A stretch of 32,000 nt of DNA from Candidatus Saganbacteria bacterium (GTDB lineage Bacteria; Margulisbacteria; WOR-1; JAKLHX01). Both the position numbers and the translations under genes were made by a program. This document shows positions 18,687 through 27,395 of this stretch, in pieces. The notes under the pieces are model-generated. The model saw nothing but the letters and a program-made list of their open reading frames with translations, had not been told where the DNA came from and did not search any database. Where the stretch lies: contig JAPLKZ010000005.1 in NCBI GenBank assembly GCA_026387835.1, positions 211,048 to 243,047 of the forward strand, in the 5' to 3' direction. Every line of letters starts with the position of its first letter. Within the stretch, counting starts at the first letter, position 1.

Positions 18687-19586
18687 ATGAAAAAAACGAA
18701 GCAATTAAATTTTCAGGAGATCATCTTCAGGCTTGAGCAGTACTGGGCAGGGCAGGGATGCGTGATCCAGCAGCCGTACGATATGGAAAAGGGCGCGGGC
18801 ACAATGTCTCCCCCGACTTTTTTCAGAGTGCTGGGACCGGAGCCTTGGAACGTGGCGTACGTCGATCCCGTGCGGCGTCCCGGGGACGGAAGGTACGGTG
18901 AAAATCCGAACAGGCTCGGAGCTTATTATCAATACCAGGTCATCCTGAAACCGTCACCCCTGGACGTACAGGACATCTATATAAAATCTTTGAGCGTCCT
19001 CGGCATCGACCCGAAAAAACACGACCTGAAATTCGTTGAAGACAACTGGGAGTCCCCCACGCTCGGAGCCTGGGGCGTCGGCTGGGAAGTCTGGCTTGAC
19101 GGGCTTGAGATAACCCAGTTCACATATTTCCAGCAGTGCGGGGGGTTCGAGCTGAAGCCGATAAGCGCGGAGATAACTTACGGCCTTGAGAGGCTCGCGA
19201 TGTACATCCAGAAAAAGACGAACGTCTACGATATAGAATGGAATGAGCGGGTCACTTACGGCGATGTGCACCTCCAGGCCGAGAAGGAATATTCAAAGTT
19301 CAGTTTTGAGGAGGCTGATATCGATCTCCTGATGCAGTGGTTTGAAGGATACGAGAAAGAATCCTCGAGGCTTTTGAGATCGAACCTGGTCCTGCCCGCG
19401 TACGATTATGTGCTGAAGTGCTCTCACGCGTTCAATCTTCTGGAAGCGCGCGGAGCGATAAGCGTTACGGAAAGAGCTAATTATATAGGCAAGATCAGGA
19501 AGCTCGCGCGTATCTGCGCCAAATTATACCTGGAACAGAGAGAACAGTTAAGTTATCCGCTGATAAAAAATAAGGAGAATAAATAG
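18687..19586 (+). CDS. glyQ: glycyl-tRNA synthetase alpha subunit
   Basis: [71 protein letters not shown]. Confidence 0.97.
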   Translation: MKKTKQLNFQEIIFRLEQYWAGQGCVIQQPYDMEKGAGTMSPPTFFRVLGPEPWNVAYVDPVRRPGDGRYGENPNRLGAYYQYQVILKPSPLDVQDIYIKSLSVLGIDPKKHDLKFVEDNWESPTLGAWGVGWEVWLDGLEITQFTYFQQCGGFELKPISAEITYGLERLAMYIQKKTNVYDIEWNERVTYGDVHLQAEKEYSKFSFEEADIDLLMQWFEGYEKESSRLLRSNLVLPAYDYVLKCSHAFNLLEARGAISVTERANYIGKIRKLARICAKLYLEQREQLSYPLIKNKENK

Positions 19587-19588
19587 CA

Positions 19589-20278
19589 ATGAATAAACTA
19601 TTGAAGCTTTTTGACAAGAATAAATTGACACTGATAGTAAGCCTGCCGGACAATTCCCCGGACCTCGCAAAAGCGGCGGTCGCCGGAGGAGCGGACGCGC
19701 TTAAGGTCCACATCAACATAAAGCATCAGGCAAGCGGCGTCACTTTCGGCTCTCTTGACCAGGAAGGCCCAAATCTTGAAAAGATACTAAAGGCGGCAAA
19801 GATACCGGTCGGTATTGTTCCGGGCAACGAAAAGAAGCCCTCCGAGAAAGAGATGCAGGAGATAATCAAAATGGGGTTTGATTTCTTTGACATGAACATA
19901 AATCAGATGCCGCCTTTCATGCTGGGGCTCAAAGGCATCACAAAAGTCGCGGCGATAGACGGAAAGGACGCGTCCGAGCGCCTCGTCACGATAAAAGAAG
20001 AGAACTGCGAAGCTATCGAGGCGGCGATCATCCCGCATCTCGGATACGGCCAGAACCTGACTATCGGCGACCTTCAGTATTACATCAGCATCGCGATAAC
20101 TTCGCAGCTGCCGGTGATCGTGCCTACTCAGAGAAAGATCGGATCTGATGAGGTCCCGATAATAGCCGAGACGGGCGTCAAATCGCTGATGATAGGAGCT
20201 ATCGTGACAGGGAAGACAGCTAAGATGATCGAACAGGCCACCAGAGATTACAGAAAAGCGATAGACAAGCTGGAATGA
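19589..20278 (+). CDS. conserved hypothetical protein, probable alpha/beta (TIM-like) barrel
   Basis: 229 aa with barrel-like alternation and loops (AVAGGADALKVHINIKHQ; VGIVPGNEKK; GVKSLMIGAIVTG). No specific family recognised. Confidence 0.6.
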   Translation: MNKLLKLFDKNKLTLIVSLPDNSPDLAKAAVAGGADALKVHINIKHQASGVTFGSLDQEGPNLEKILKAAKIPVGIVPGNEKKPSEKEMQEIIKMGFDFFDMNINQMPPFMLGLKGITKVAAIDGKDASERLVTIKEENCEAIEAAIIPHLGYGQNLTIGDLQYYISIAITSQLPVIVPTQRKIGSDEVPIIAETGVKSLMIGAIVTGKTAKMIEQATRDYRKAIDKLE

Positions 20279-21045
20279 TCAAGCTGTCCAGGCCAGCGGT
20301 CGCGGCAGTCCTCGTACAATTATTCCTCATATTGTTTTCAATAAGGGCTTTTGCATTTTCTTTCGCCGTGATGGGCGACAACCAGGGCAATGACAAAATA
20401 TTTCAAAAAATCCTTACTATGGTGGACAGTGATAAAAGCATAAATTTTGCTGTCAATACCGGCGATATCACCTCTACAAGTTCCGCGTGGGAATTCAAGA
20501 AATATAAAAGCATGATCAGCCATTCGAGAGTAAAGTTTTACAACTGCATAGGCAACCATGACGTCCAATATCTTGGCAGGCAGATATTTATGGCAACATT
20601 CGGCAGCACTTACTATTCCTGGGACCACGGGGGCTATCATTTTATTTGCCTTGATAATGTACGGCCGAACGGGCTGGGCAGTTTGCAATATTCCTGGCTG
20701 AAGAAGGACCTCTCTTTAAATAAAGACAAGCCCAAGTTCATTTTCATGCACAAGCCGTTATTTGACATTTCCGGTTCTTTTCCGGAAGAAGTCATGTTCC
20801 CCAGAGCCCAGGCAGCAAGCTTGACGGCTATTTTCAAAAAAAATAAAGTCAAGGCGGTCTTCTGCGGGCATGTCCACGGATACGCAAAAGAAGAAAAAGA
20901 CGGCGTCTTGTATATTATCGCGGCAGGAGGCGGGGGCTCTCTGTACCTGCCTTATTTTTCCGGCGGGTTCTATAACTACGTTAATATTACGGTCGACGAT
21001 GATAATATATATGATGAGGTCATCAAGATCGAAGATGAAAATTGA
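20275..21045 (+). CDS. secreted metallophosphoesterase
   Basis: Signal peptide plus calcineurin-like motifs VMGDNQG, NTGDIT, CIGNHDV, FMHKPLF, CGHVHGY; ATGA overlap with previous gene. Confidence 0.88.
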   Translation: MIKLSRPAVAAVLVQLFLILFSIRAFAFSFAVMGDNQGNDKIFQKILTMVDSDKSINFAVNTGDITSTSSAWEFKKYKSMISHSRVKFYNCIGNHDVQYLGRQIFMATFGSTYYSWDHGGYHFICLDNVRPNGLGSLQYSWLKKDLSLNKDKPKFIFMHKPLFDISGSFPEEVMFPRAQAASLTAIFKKNKVKAVFCGHVHGYAKEEKDGVLYIIAAGGGGSLYLPYFSGGFYNYVNITVDDDNIYDEVIKIEDEN

Positions 21046-21062
21046 GAGGATCTTCATTTAAC

Positions 21063-22532
21063 ATGAAAAAGATCGCATTGGTCCCGCTTGACGACCGTCC
21101 GTGCAATCTAAAGTTCCCTGCTAAGCTGGCTTCAGCGGAGAATATAGAAATAATATGTCCTCCCAAAGAAATATTGGGCCATTTTCTTGATCCCGGTTCT
21201 CCTGATGATATCGCATCATGGATAGAAAGTAAGATAGACGAGGCCGATGCTTTCATCATCTCGATAGACATGTTGTGTTACGGCGGGCTTATCGCGTCGC
21301 GCCGGCCTAAGGTAGCTCTTGAGGAAGCCGTTAAAAGGCTCGGTATAATATCAAAGATCAAAAAGACAAGGCCGGATGTCCCCGTCTATCTGTTCAATGT
21401 TTTAATGAGGATGTCGATAACGGTGGAAAATGAAGATTCTAAAATTATCTGGGAGAATATTTTCAGATTCTTCGAGCTTTCGGCAGTCGCAGAGATCACA
21501 AAAAACCACGGGGACGTCAAGGCTGCCGAGGATATAAAAAAAAGAATACCAAAAAATATTTTTGATGATTACTTCTTAGCCAGAAAAAGGAATCATGAGA
21601 TAAATAAAAAAACGATCGAACTGGCAGGCAGCAGCTTCGCGGACTTTATAGTGATCGCAAAGGAAGACTGCGCTGTTAACGGGCCTCAAAAAGAAGAGGA
21701 AACCGACCTGAGTAAGATGATAGACGACGGCGGGCTTGGGCAAAAGGCTGTGATAATGAACGGTGCTGATGAAGCGGCTTGTGTTTTAGTCTCAAGGATG
21801 ATACTTAAAACAACAAACAAGACGCCTTTAATTGCGGCAAGATATTCAAAGAACAAAGGCAAAGACATCGCCCTGTATGAGGACGAAGAACTCTGCGGGG
21901 TTGTTTCCGATCATATAAATGCTCTCGGGGCAAAAGAGACCGCGTCCCTGAAAGATGCAGAGGTCGTCCTTTTTGTCCATTCGTTCGACAAAAAGCAGAA
22001 AGACCTTTTATTCGAGGAAGTTATGATGCGGGGGGAAGAAGAACGGCACCTGCTGAAGAATTTCTGTTCTGAGATCGTGCTTGCTGCGGAGATCGGAAAG
22101 AAGACCGCGGTAGCCGACTGCTGTTATGCCAACGGAGGCGACCCTGAGTTCATGCTCTATCTGAAAAATGCCATAGACCTGTCATCGCTGTCCTCTTTTG
22201 CCGGCTGGAACACGGCGGGCAATTCTATCGGCTGCAGCCTTGCGCAGGCAGTCCTTCCGCAGAACAAGAGTTTTCTGCTGGAGCGTTTCATTGATGATCT
22301 GGGGTATCAGGCGACTGTCCGGCCTAAAATAAACGCCTTAATAAAACAAAAAGGGATATCGCCGTTTAATTTGGGCGATAATAACAAGGAAGTCGAGCAG
22401 ATGGTGATCTCAGAAATGGATACATGGACAAAAGAATTCTTGTCAAGCTTACAGCTCACAACTTACACCTTACAGCTATCCCTTCCCTGGCCCCGGACCT
22501 TCGAAATCGACTGTGATATAATCTTGCCATGA
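21063..22532 (+). CDS. DUF4127 family protein
   Basis: N-terminus MKKIALVPLDDRPCNLKFPAKLA with ISIDMLCYGGLIASR, as in DUF4127 proteins. ORF track start (TTG 21042) is upstream; ATG 21063 is more likely. Confidence 0.75.
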   Translation: MKKIALVPLDDRPCNLKFPAKLASAENIEIICPPKEILGHFLDPGSPDDIASWIESKIDEADAFIISIDMLCYGGLIASRRPKVALEEAVKRLGIISKIKKTRPDVPVYLFNVLMRMSITVENEDSKIIWENIFRFFELSAVAEITKNHGDVKAAEDIKKRIPKNIFDDYFLARKRNHEINKKTIELAGSSFADFIVIAKEDCAVNGPQKEEETDLSKMIDDGGLGQKAVIMNGADEAACVLVSRMILKTTNKTPLIAARYSKNKGKDIALYEDEELCGVVSDHINALGAKETASLKDAEVVLFVHSFDKKQKDLLFEEVMMRGEEERHLLKNFCSEIVLAAEIGKKTAVADCCYANGGDPEFMLYLKNAIDLSSLSSFAGWNTAGNSIGCSLAQAVLPQNKSFLLERFIDDLGYQATVRPKINALIKQKGISPFNLGDNNKEVEQMVISEMDTWTKEFLSSLQLTTYTLQLSLPWPRTFEIDCDIILP

Positions 22533-23788
22533 ACGATATCCAGACAGATGTACTCGTGTGCGGAGCCGGTCCCGCGGGTTTTGCGGCCGCGATAGCGGCT
22601 TCAAGGCTGGAAGTAAAAGTCCTTTTGCTGGAGCGTTACGGGTTCCTGGGAGGGATGGCGGCCGCAGGGATCGTGAACCCTTTCATGGTACCGAAACTGA
22701 ACGGCGAGCCGCTTGTAAAAGGCATATTTGAAGAGATAACAGAAAGGCTGAAGAAAGAAAATGGTTGCGCCGAAGGCTCCCTTTTTGACCAGCCGCACAT
22801 CATATTTGATCAGGAGGTCCTGAAAAATATTCTTTTTGAGATGATAGACGAAGCGCAGATAAAACTTTTGCTCCACAGTTTTGCGGTCGCATCCATAATG
22901 AAAGGCAATGAGATAAAAGGCGTTGTCGCTGCGGGAAAATCAGGCGACATCAAAATATTCGCGAAACGGGTGGTAGACGCGACAGGGGATGGTGATATAG
23001 CCGCTTTATCAGGCGCGGAATTCGAAAAAGGCAGGCCGCAGGACCATTTAAGCCAGCCGATGACACTTATGTTCAGGGTCTCGGGCATCGACGAAGAAAA
23101 CATGCCTTCCAGGGAAAAGATCGATGAGTTATTTTTGGAAAGCAAAAGACAGGGCAGAATACGCACGCCGAGGGAGAACTTTCTCTGGTTCGAAACGACA
23201 AGGAAAGGCGAGATACAGGTCAATTCCACAAGAGTTCCCAAAGTAGACGGCACTGACGTGCTTGACCTTACAAAGGCTGAGGTCGAGGCAAGAAAACAGG
23301 TATCGAATTTATTCAAATTCCTGAAAACCGTCCCGGGCTTTGAGAATTCTTATATAAGCCTTGTCGCACCTCAGGTCGGTGTAAGGGAATCAAGAAGGGT
23401 CGCAGGAGAATACAGGCTGACGGAAAACGATGTGATGGACGGCACTAAGTTCGATGATCCGGTCGCCAGGTGTAATTATCCGATAGATATCCATAGCCCC
23501 GACGGGAGGAGCACTACGTTCAGAAAGCCCGGACCGGGGACTTACTACGAGATACCCTACAGGTGCCTTGTTCCAAAGAAGATAGAGAATTTGCTTGTGG
23601 CGGGAAGATGTATTTCCGTGACGCACGAAGCGCTGTCCTCGATGAGGATAATGCCGGTCTGCATGGCTCTCGGCCAGGCAGCGGGCGCGGCAGCCGCCAT
23701 CTCTTTGAAAAAACATGTCACTCCCCGCAAAATAGATTACTGCGACCTGAGAAAGGTGATCAATGAACAGGGAGCCGAAATGCGGTGA
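22529..23788 (+). CDS. FAD-dependent oxidoreductase (FAD_oxidored-like)
   Basis: Rossmann motif VLVCGAGPAGFAAAIAASRLEVKVLLLERYGFLGGMAAAG; VVDATGDGDIAALSGAEFEKG; LLVAGRCISVTHEALSSMRIMPVCMALGQAAGAAA; ATGA overlap with DUF4127 gene. Confidence 0.88.
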   Translation: MNDIQTDVLVCGAGPAGFAAAIAASRLEVKVLLLERYGFLGGMAAAGIVNPFMVPKLNGEPLVKGIFEEITERLKKENGCAEGSLFDQPHIIFDQEVLKNILFEMIDEAQIKLLLHSFAVASIMKGNEIKGVVAAGKSGDIKIFAKRVVDATGDGDIAALSGAEFEKGRPQDHLSQPMTLMFRVSGIDEENMPSREKIDELFLESKRQGRIRTPRENFLWFETTRKGEIQVNSTRVPKVDGTDVLDLTKAEVEARKQVSNLFKFLKTVPGFENSYISLVAPQVGVRESRRVAGEYRLTENDVMDGTKFDDPVARCNYPIDIHSPDGRSTTFRKPGPGTYYEIPYRCLVPKKIENLLVAGRCISVTHEALSSMRIMPVCMALGQAAGAAAAISLKKHVTPRKIDYCDLRKVINEQGAEMR

Positions 23789-24098
23789 CAGTCTGTCCGG
23801 TGCACTTCTTGCGGATCAGATCAAATCTGTCTATCCGGAAAAGACGCCGGCAGAGATCGCTGAAAAGCTGGGCCTCAAAGTAATATTTGAAAGACCTGTC
23901 AATATGGGCGGAGTAAAAAGGATCAGCGAATACAGGCCGAAAACAAAAGAAATAGCGGTATTTTACAGTGAAAAAAAAGACGAAGCGGTCGCGCATGAGC
24001 TGTTCCATTATTTTGAAATGGCGAACGCGTTGAGGCCCGGCCGTAATAAGATATCCGAGTCCGAAGCCTCAATATTCGCAAAAAATCTGATACAATAA
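23763..24098 (+). CDS. minimal ImmA/IrrE-like HExxH metallopeptidase-domain protein
   Basis: 111 aa; EAVAHELFHYFEMANALRP....SESEASIFAKNLI; SD AAAGGTGAT; overlaps previous gene by 26 nt. Confidence 0.7.
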   Translation: MNREPKCGDSLSGALLADQIKSVYPEKTPAEIAEKLGLKVIFERPVNMGGVKRISEYRPKTKEIAVFYSEKKDEAVAHELFHYFEMANALRPGRNKISESEASIFAKNLIQ

Positions 24099-24135
24099 TA
24101 ATATCCGTTGAATAAAAAAAAGGAGGGGAACGAAA

Positions 24136-24246
24136 ATGGCAAATAAAGAACAACAGGGCAATAAGAATGACAAAAAAGCGCCGAAGCTGTCGCTGAAAGA
24201 GAAGAGGGCGGCAAAGAAAGAAAAACAGGCGACAAAGCATTATTAG
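24136..24246 (+). CDS. 36-aa highly basic hypothetical microprotein
   Basis: Strong SD AGGAGGGGAACGAAA followed by ATG; translation MANKEQQGNKNDKKAPKLSLKEKRAAKKEKQATKHY*. Below the size cutoff of the provided ORF track. Confidence 0.6.
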   Translation: MANKEQQGNKNDKKAPKLSLKEKRAAKKEKQATKHY

Positions 24247-24291
24247 AAAAGTTCGACTAACACGGGCAGCGCACCACATACCGCACAATTG

Positions 24292-24300
24292 TGTTAGAAT
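24292..24300 (+). promoter_or_regulatory. candidate extended -10 element for the WecA/TagO-like gene
   Basis: TGTTAGAAT, ending 9 nt before ATG 24310; no SD and no clear -35. Confidence 0.35.
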
Positions 24301-24309
24301 TCTTTTTGA

Positions 24310-25362
24310 ATGATATACTTCATAGTCTTTTTCATATCAAGCGTATTAACTATTCTTTTTGTGCCTTTTGCTAAAAAATCAGCGTTCCTGTTAAATGCGA
24401 TCGACAAGCCTTCCGACAGGAAAGTCCATAAAAGTTCGATGCCCAGGCTTGGGGGACTGGCTATCTATTTAGGGTTCATGGCAGCGGTCCTGACAGGTCT
24501 TCTGATCGCCGTCATAAGGCATATGCACCTGAACTATCTGGCGATAACAGGCATACTGCTCGGTTCTTCCCTGATGCTGATAGTCGGTATGTTCGATGAC
24601 ATGAAAAACATCCCGGCAACAAAAAAATTGCTCCTTCAAATATTGATCTCACTGGTCCCGATAATGTTCGGGGTCCAGATAACTTTCATTTCAAACCCGG
24701 TAACGGGGATCCTGTTGCTCGGTTTCATCTCGGTCCCGGTCACGATATTGTGGGTGGTCGGCATCACGAACGCGCTGAATTTTGTCGACGGGCTTGACGG
24801 TCTGGCTTCCGGTATAACCGCGATAGCCGCTACTACTCTATTTATTGTCGCGGTAAGGATACACCAGCCGGGGGCGGCGATACTTATGATAGCTCTTGCC
24901 GGCGCCACGGCAGGTTTTTTGCGCTATAATTTCAATCCGGCGTCGATATTTTTAGGCGATTCCGGAAGCCTTTTTCTGGGTTTTATGCTTGCGACCTGTT
25001 CGGTGATAGGCGTATTGAAAAGCTCGATGATACTGGCCCTGCTTATTCCGGCGTTCATAATGGGTATCCCTATCTTTGATGCCGCCTCTGTAATAATGAG
25101 GAGGGTGCGCGACGGGCGGCACATCTTCGACGCCGACAGGAGACACCTCCACCACAGGCTTCTTGACAGAGGGTTCAGCCACAGGCAGGTCGTCCTTTCG
25201 ATATACAGCGCCTGCATCCTGCTGAGCATCGGGACTTTGGCAGTAACATTTTTGAGGGTCTCCCACGCGCTGGTCGTGCTGGGCATAGTGGCAATAATTG
25301 TCTTTACCGTCTTTTATCAGATCAAAAAATACGTAAGAAAATACGTGGTACTGGAGAAATAA
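24310..25362 (+). CDS. WecA/TagO/MraY-family polyprenyl-phosphate glycosyl-1-phosphate transferase
   Basis: DRKVHKSSMPRLGGLAIY, GMFDDMKNIPATKKLLLQ, NALNFVDGLDGLASG, FLGDSGSLFLGFMLA, DRRHLHHRLLDRGFSHRQ. Confidence 0.92.
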   Translation: MIYFIVFFISSVLTILFVPFAKKSAFLLNAIDKPSDRKVHKSSMPRLGGLAIYLGFMAAVLTGLLIAVIRHMHLNYLAITGILLGSSLMLIVGMFDDMKNIPATKKLLLQILISLVPIMFGVQITFISNPVTGILLLGFISVPVTILWVVGITNALNFVDGLDGLASGITAIAATTLFIVAVRIHQPGAAILMIALAGATAGFLRYNFNPASIFLGDSGSLFLGFMLATCSVIGVLKSSMILALLIPAFIMGIPIFDAASVIMRRVRDGRHIFDADRRHLHHRLLDRGFSHRQVVLSIYSACILLSIGTLAVTFLRVSHALVVLGIVAIIVFTVFYQIKKYVRKYVVLEK

Positions 25363-25363
25363 A

Positions 25364-26539
25364 ATGCAGCAGTTAAAAAGAGTGATGTTCGCTTTCGGGA
25401 CAAGGCCGGAGGCCATAAAAATAGCGCCGGTGATAAACGAGATCTACAAGCACAGTGATATCTTCGCGCCGATAGTGGTCGTGACCGCGCAGCACAGGGA
25501 AATGCTCGACCAGACGCTCAAGATATTCGACATCAAGCCCGATTACGATCTGGATATCATGGAGCAGGACCAGACTATTTCAAATATCGTAACTAAGACG
25601 CTGCAGGGTTTTGAGGATATCATTCTGCAGGAACGGCCGGACATGGTCATAGTCCAGGGAGACACGTCCACCGCTTTCGCGTCGGCGCTGGCCGCCTTCT
25701 ACAGAAAAGTCCCGGTCGGACATATAGAAGCGGGGCTGCGGACAAAGAACAAGTTCAATCCCTTTCCAGAAGAGATGAACAGAAAACTTATTTCCGCGAT
25801 CGCGGACATGCATTTTGCTCCGACGGAGATGTCGGTAAATAACCTGTTGAGCGAAAGTGTCTCCCGAAGTAATATTTTTCTTACCGGTAACACCGTGATC
25901 GATGCACTATTGTCTGTAGTTTCGAGACCGTATGATCTGAAGAGGTCTGGTGTCAGCATAAAACCCGGTAAAAAACTGATCCTGGTCACGACGCACCGCA
26001 GGGAAAGCTTCGGCATACCGATGCGGAACGCACTCGAAGCAATAGCAAAGATCGCAAAAAAATTCGGAGACGAAGTCCAGATCGTCCTTCCGGTCCATAA
26101 GAACCCGAACGTCAGGGACGTCGTTTTTGATGTGCTGGATAACCTGCCTAACGTCGATCTTGTCGAGCCGATGGATTATCTTCCTTTCGTGCATCTGATG
26201 AAGGAATCTTATATTATCCTTACGGATTCGGGCGGCATACAGGAAGAAGCTCCTTCGCTTGGGAAACCGGTCCTGGTGCTCAGGGAGATAACCGAAAGGC
26301 CGGAAGCGGTCCTCGCCGGCACGGTAAAAATTGTCGGAACGGATCCCGGCACAATATTCAATGAGACCCAAAAGCTGTTAACGGACAAGGACGCTTACGA
26401 TAAAATGTCGCATGCTGTGAACCCGTACGGTGACGGGAACGCTTCTTCAAGGATAATCACCAGCCTGCTGAAACACTTCGGTTTCACAGACAGAAAAGTC
26501 GAGGAATTCGACTTCCGCAATATCGCGCCGAAGAACTGA
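25364..26539 (+). CDS. wecB: UDP-N-acetylglucosamine 2-epimerase (non-hydrolyzing)
   Basis: FGTRPEAIKIAPVI, VVTAQHREMLDQTL, VQGDTSTAFA, GHIEAGLRT, FPEEMNRKL, TDSGGIQEEAPSLGKPVLVLREITERPEA. Confidence 0.95.
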   Translation: MQQLKRVMFAFGTRPEAIKIAPVINEIYKHSDIFAPIVVVTAQHREMLDQTLKIFDIKPDYDLDIMEQDQTISNIVTKTLQGFEDIILQERPDMVIVQGDTSTAFASALAAFYRKVPVGHIEAGLRTKNKFNPFPEEMNRKLISAIADMHFAPTEMSVNNLLSESVSRSNIFLTGNTVIDALLSVVSRPYDLKRSGVSIKPGKKLILVTTHRRESFGIPMRNALEAIAKIAKKFGDEVQIVLPVHKNPNVRDVVFDVLDNLPNVDLVEPMDYLPFVHLMKESYIILTDSGGIQEEAPSLGKPVLVLREITERPEAVLAGTVKIVGTDPGTIFNETQKLLTDKDAYDKMSHAVNPYGDGNASSRIITSLLKHFGFTDRKVEEFDFRNIAPKN

Positions 26540-26544
26540 ATTCA

Positions 26545-26751
26545 ATGGGCTTTTTCAAATACACCGATCTCGCCTTCAGGATCGCAGGGAACATAATAGC
26601 TCCTCCTCTTGTCGGGATATTTCTGGGCGGATTTCTCGATAAAAAATTCCATACAACACCGGTGTTCATCCTGGTCCTTACAGTACTCGGTATAGCGGCG
26701 GGATTGAGGAGCCTGTTCAGGTTGTTTGATGAAGTGAAGGAAGAGAAGTAA
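26545..26751 (+). CDS. atpZ: AtpZ/AtpI-family small membrane protein
   Basis: 68 aa, two TM segments with GNIIAPPLVGIFLGGFLDKKF...GIAAGLRSLFRLFDEV, as in ATP synthase-associated AtpZ; lies upstream of the atp operon. Confidence 0.75.
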   Translation: MGFFKYTDLAFRIAGNIIAPPLVGIFLGGFLDKKFHTTPVFILVLTVLGIAAGLRSLFRLFDEVKEEK

Positions 26752-26761
26752 AAGGCAAACA

Positions 26762-26784
26762 GCAGTTAGCAGTACGCAGTACGG
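26762..26784 (+). repeat. left-flank GCAGTNN-heptamer repeat
   Basis: GCAGTTAGCAGTACGCAGTACGG; 19 of 23 bases match 27396-27418. Confidence 0.6.
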
Positions 26785-26790
26785 TAGGCA

Positions 26791-26825
26791 TTGACAAAAA
26801 TATCCGATGTACGTTATTATGTACG
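26791..26825 (+). promoter_or_regulatory. toxin-antitoxin promoter with putative YefM/Phd operator
   Basis: TTGACA (26791-26796), 18-nt spacer, TATTAT (26815-26820); twin TGTACG hexamers at 26808-26813 and 26820-26825, 12 bp apart, flanking/overlapping the -10; SD AGGAGGG 26831-26837. Confidence 0.55.
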
Positions 26826-26843
26826 AACAAAGGAGGGCCATAT

Positions 26844-27188
26844 ATGAGAGCAAAAACGACACTGTCCATTTCAGAGGCCAGAAAGAATATATTTGATATA
26901 GCGGAGCAAGTGCAAAAACCCAGCACTTATTATACTTTGACTGAAAACGGACGTCCGAAGGCAGTGGTGATGTCGGCGGAGGAGTTTGAGTCATGGACTG
27001 AAACGCTGGACGTTATCGCGGAATTCCCCGGACTGAAGAACAGCATAAAGGAAGCTGAAAAAGAATATAAAAGCGGCGATTATATAACTTTGGAAGACCT
27101 GCTGGAGAAGGAAGGCTATATTGTGAGAGGAAAAAAGCATGAAGTATTGCCTCGTAATACCAAAAAAAGTCCAAAAAGAAATAGGTAG
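26844..27188 (+). CDS. Phd/YefM family antitoxin
   Basis: TTLSISEARKNIFDIAEQVQKPSTYYTLTENGRPKAVVMSAEEFESWTETLDVI, the typical Phd/YefM fold signature. Confidence 0.88.
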   Translation: MRAKTTLSISEARKNIFDIAEQVQKPSTYYTLTENGRPKAVVMSAEEFESWTETLDVIAEFPGLKNSIKEAEKEYKSGDYITLEDLLEKEGYIVRGKKHEVLPRNTKKSPKRNR

Positions 27189-27390
27189 GATCGACAAAAA
27201 ATACAAGGGCAAGATCCTTCTGGCATTAAAGATACTGGAAGAAGAACCTTATACAGGCAAAAAGCTTGAAGGCGAATATAAAGGCAAATGGTCATATCGC
27301 GTATGGCCTTACAGGATAATATATGAAATCCATAAAAATGAGCTTATCATTCTTATTATTCATATCGGCCACAGACAGAGCGCTTATTAG
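27139..27390 (+). CDS. RelE/ParE superfamily toxin
   Basis: 83 aa: VIPKKVQKEIGRIDKKYKGKI...YKGKWSYRVWPYRIIYEIHKNELIILIIHIGHRQSAY; 50-nt overlap with antitoxin gene. Confidence 0.88.
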   Translation: MKYCLVIPKKVQKEIGRIDKKYKGKILLALKILEEEPYTGKKLEGEYKGKWSYRVWPYRIIYEIHKNELIILIIHIGHRQSAY

Positions 27391-27395
27391 AAAAC

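Noticed and set aside
21042-21062. TTG upstream start for the DUF4127 gene as given in the ORF track
   Set aside because: ATG 21063 gives the conserved MKKIALVPLDDRPCN N-terminus; the extension MRGSSFN looks non-coding.
18687-24246. Novel defence system built from the phosphoesterase, DUF4127, FAD enzyme and HExxH protein
   Set aside because: No nuclease, nucleotide-signalling, NTPase or transposition signatures; the secreted phosphoesterase and housekeeping context argue for metabolism or envelope function rather than immunity.
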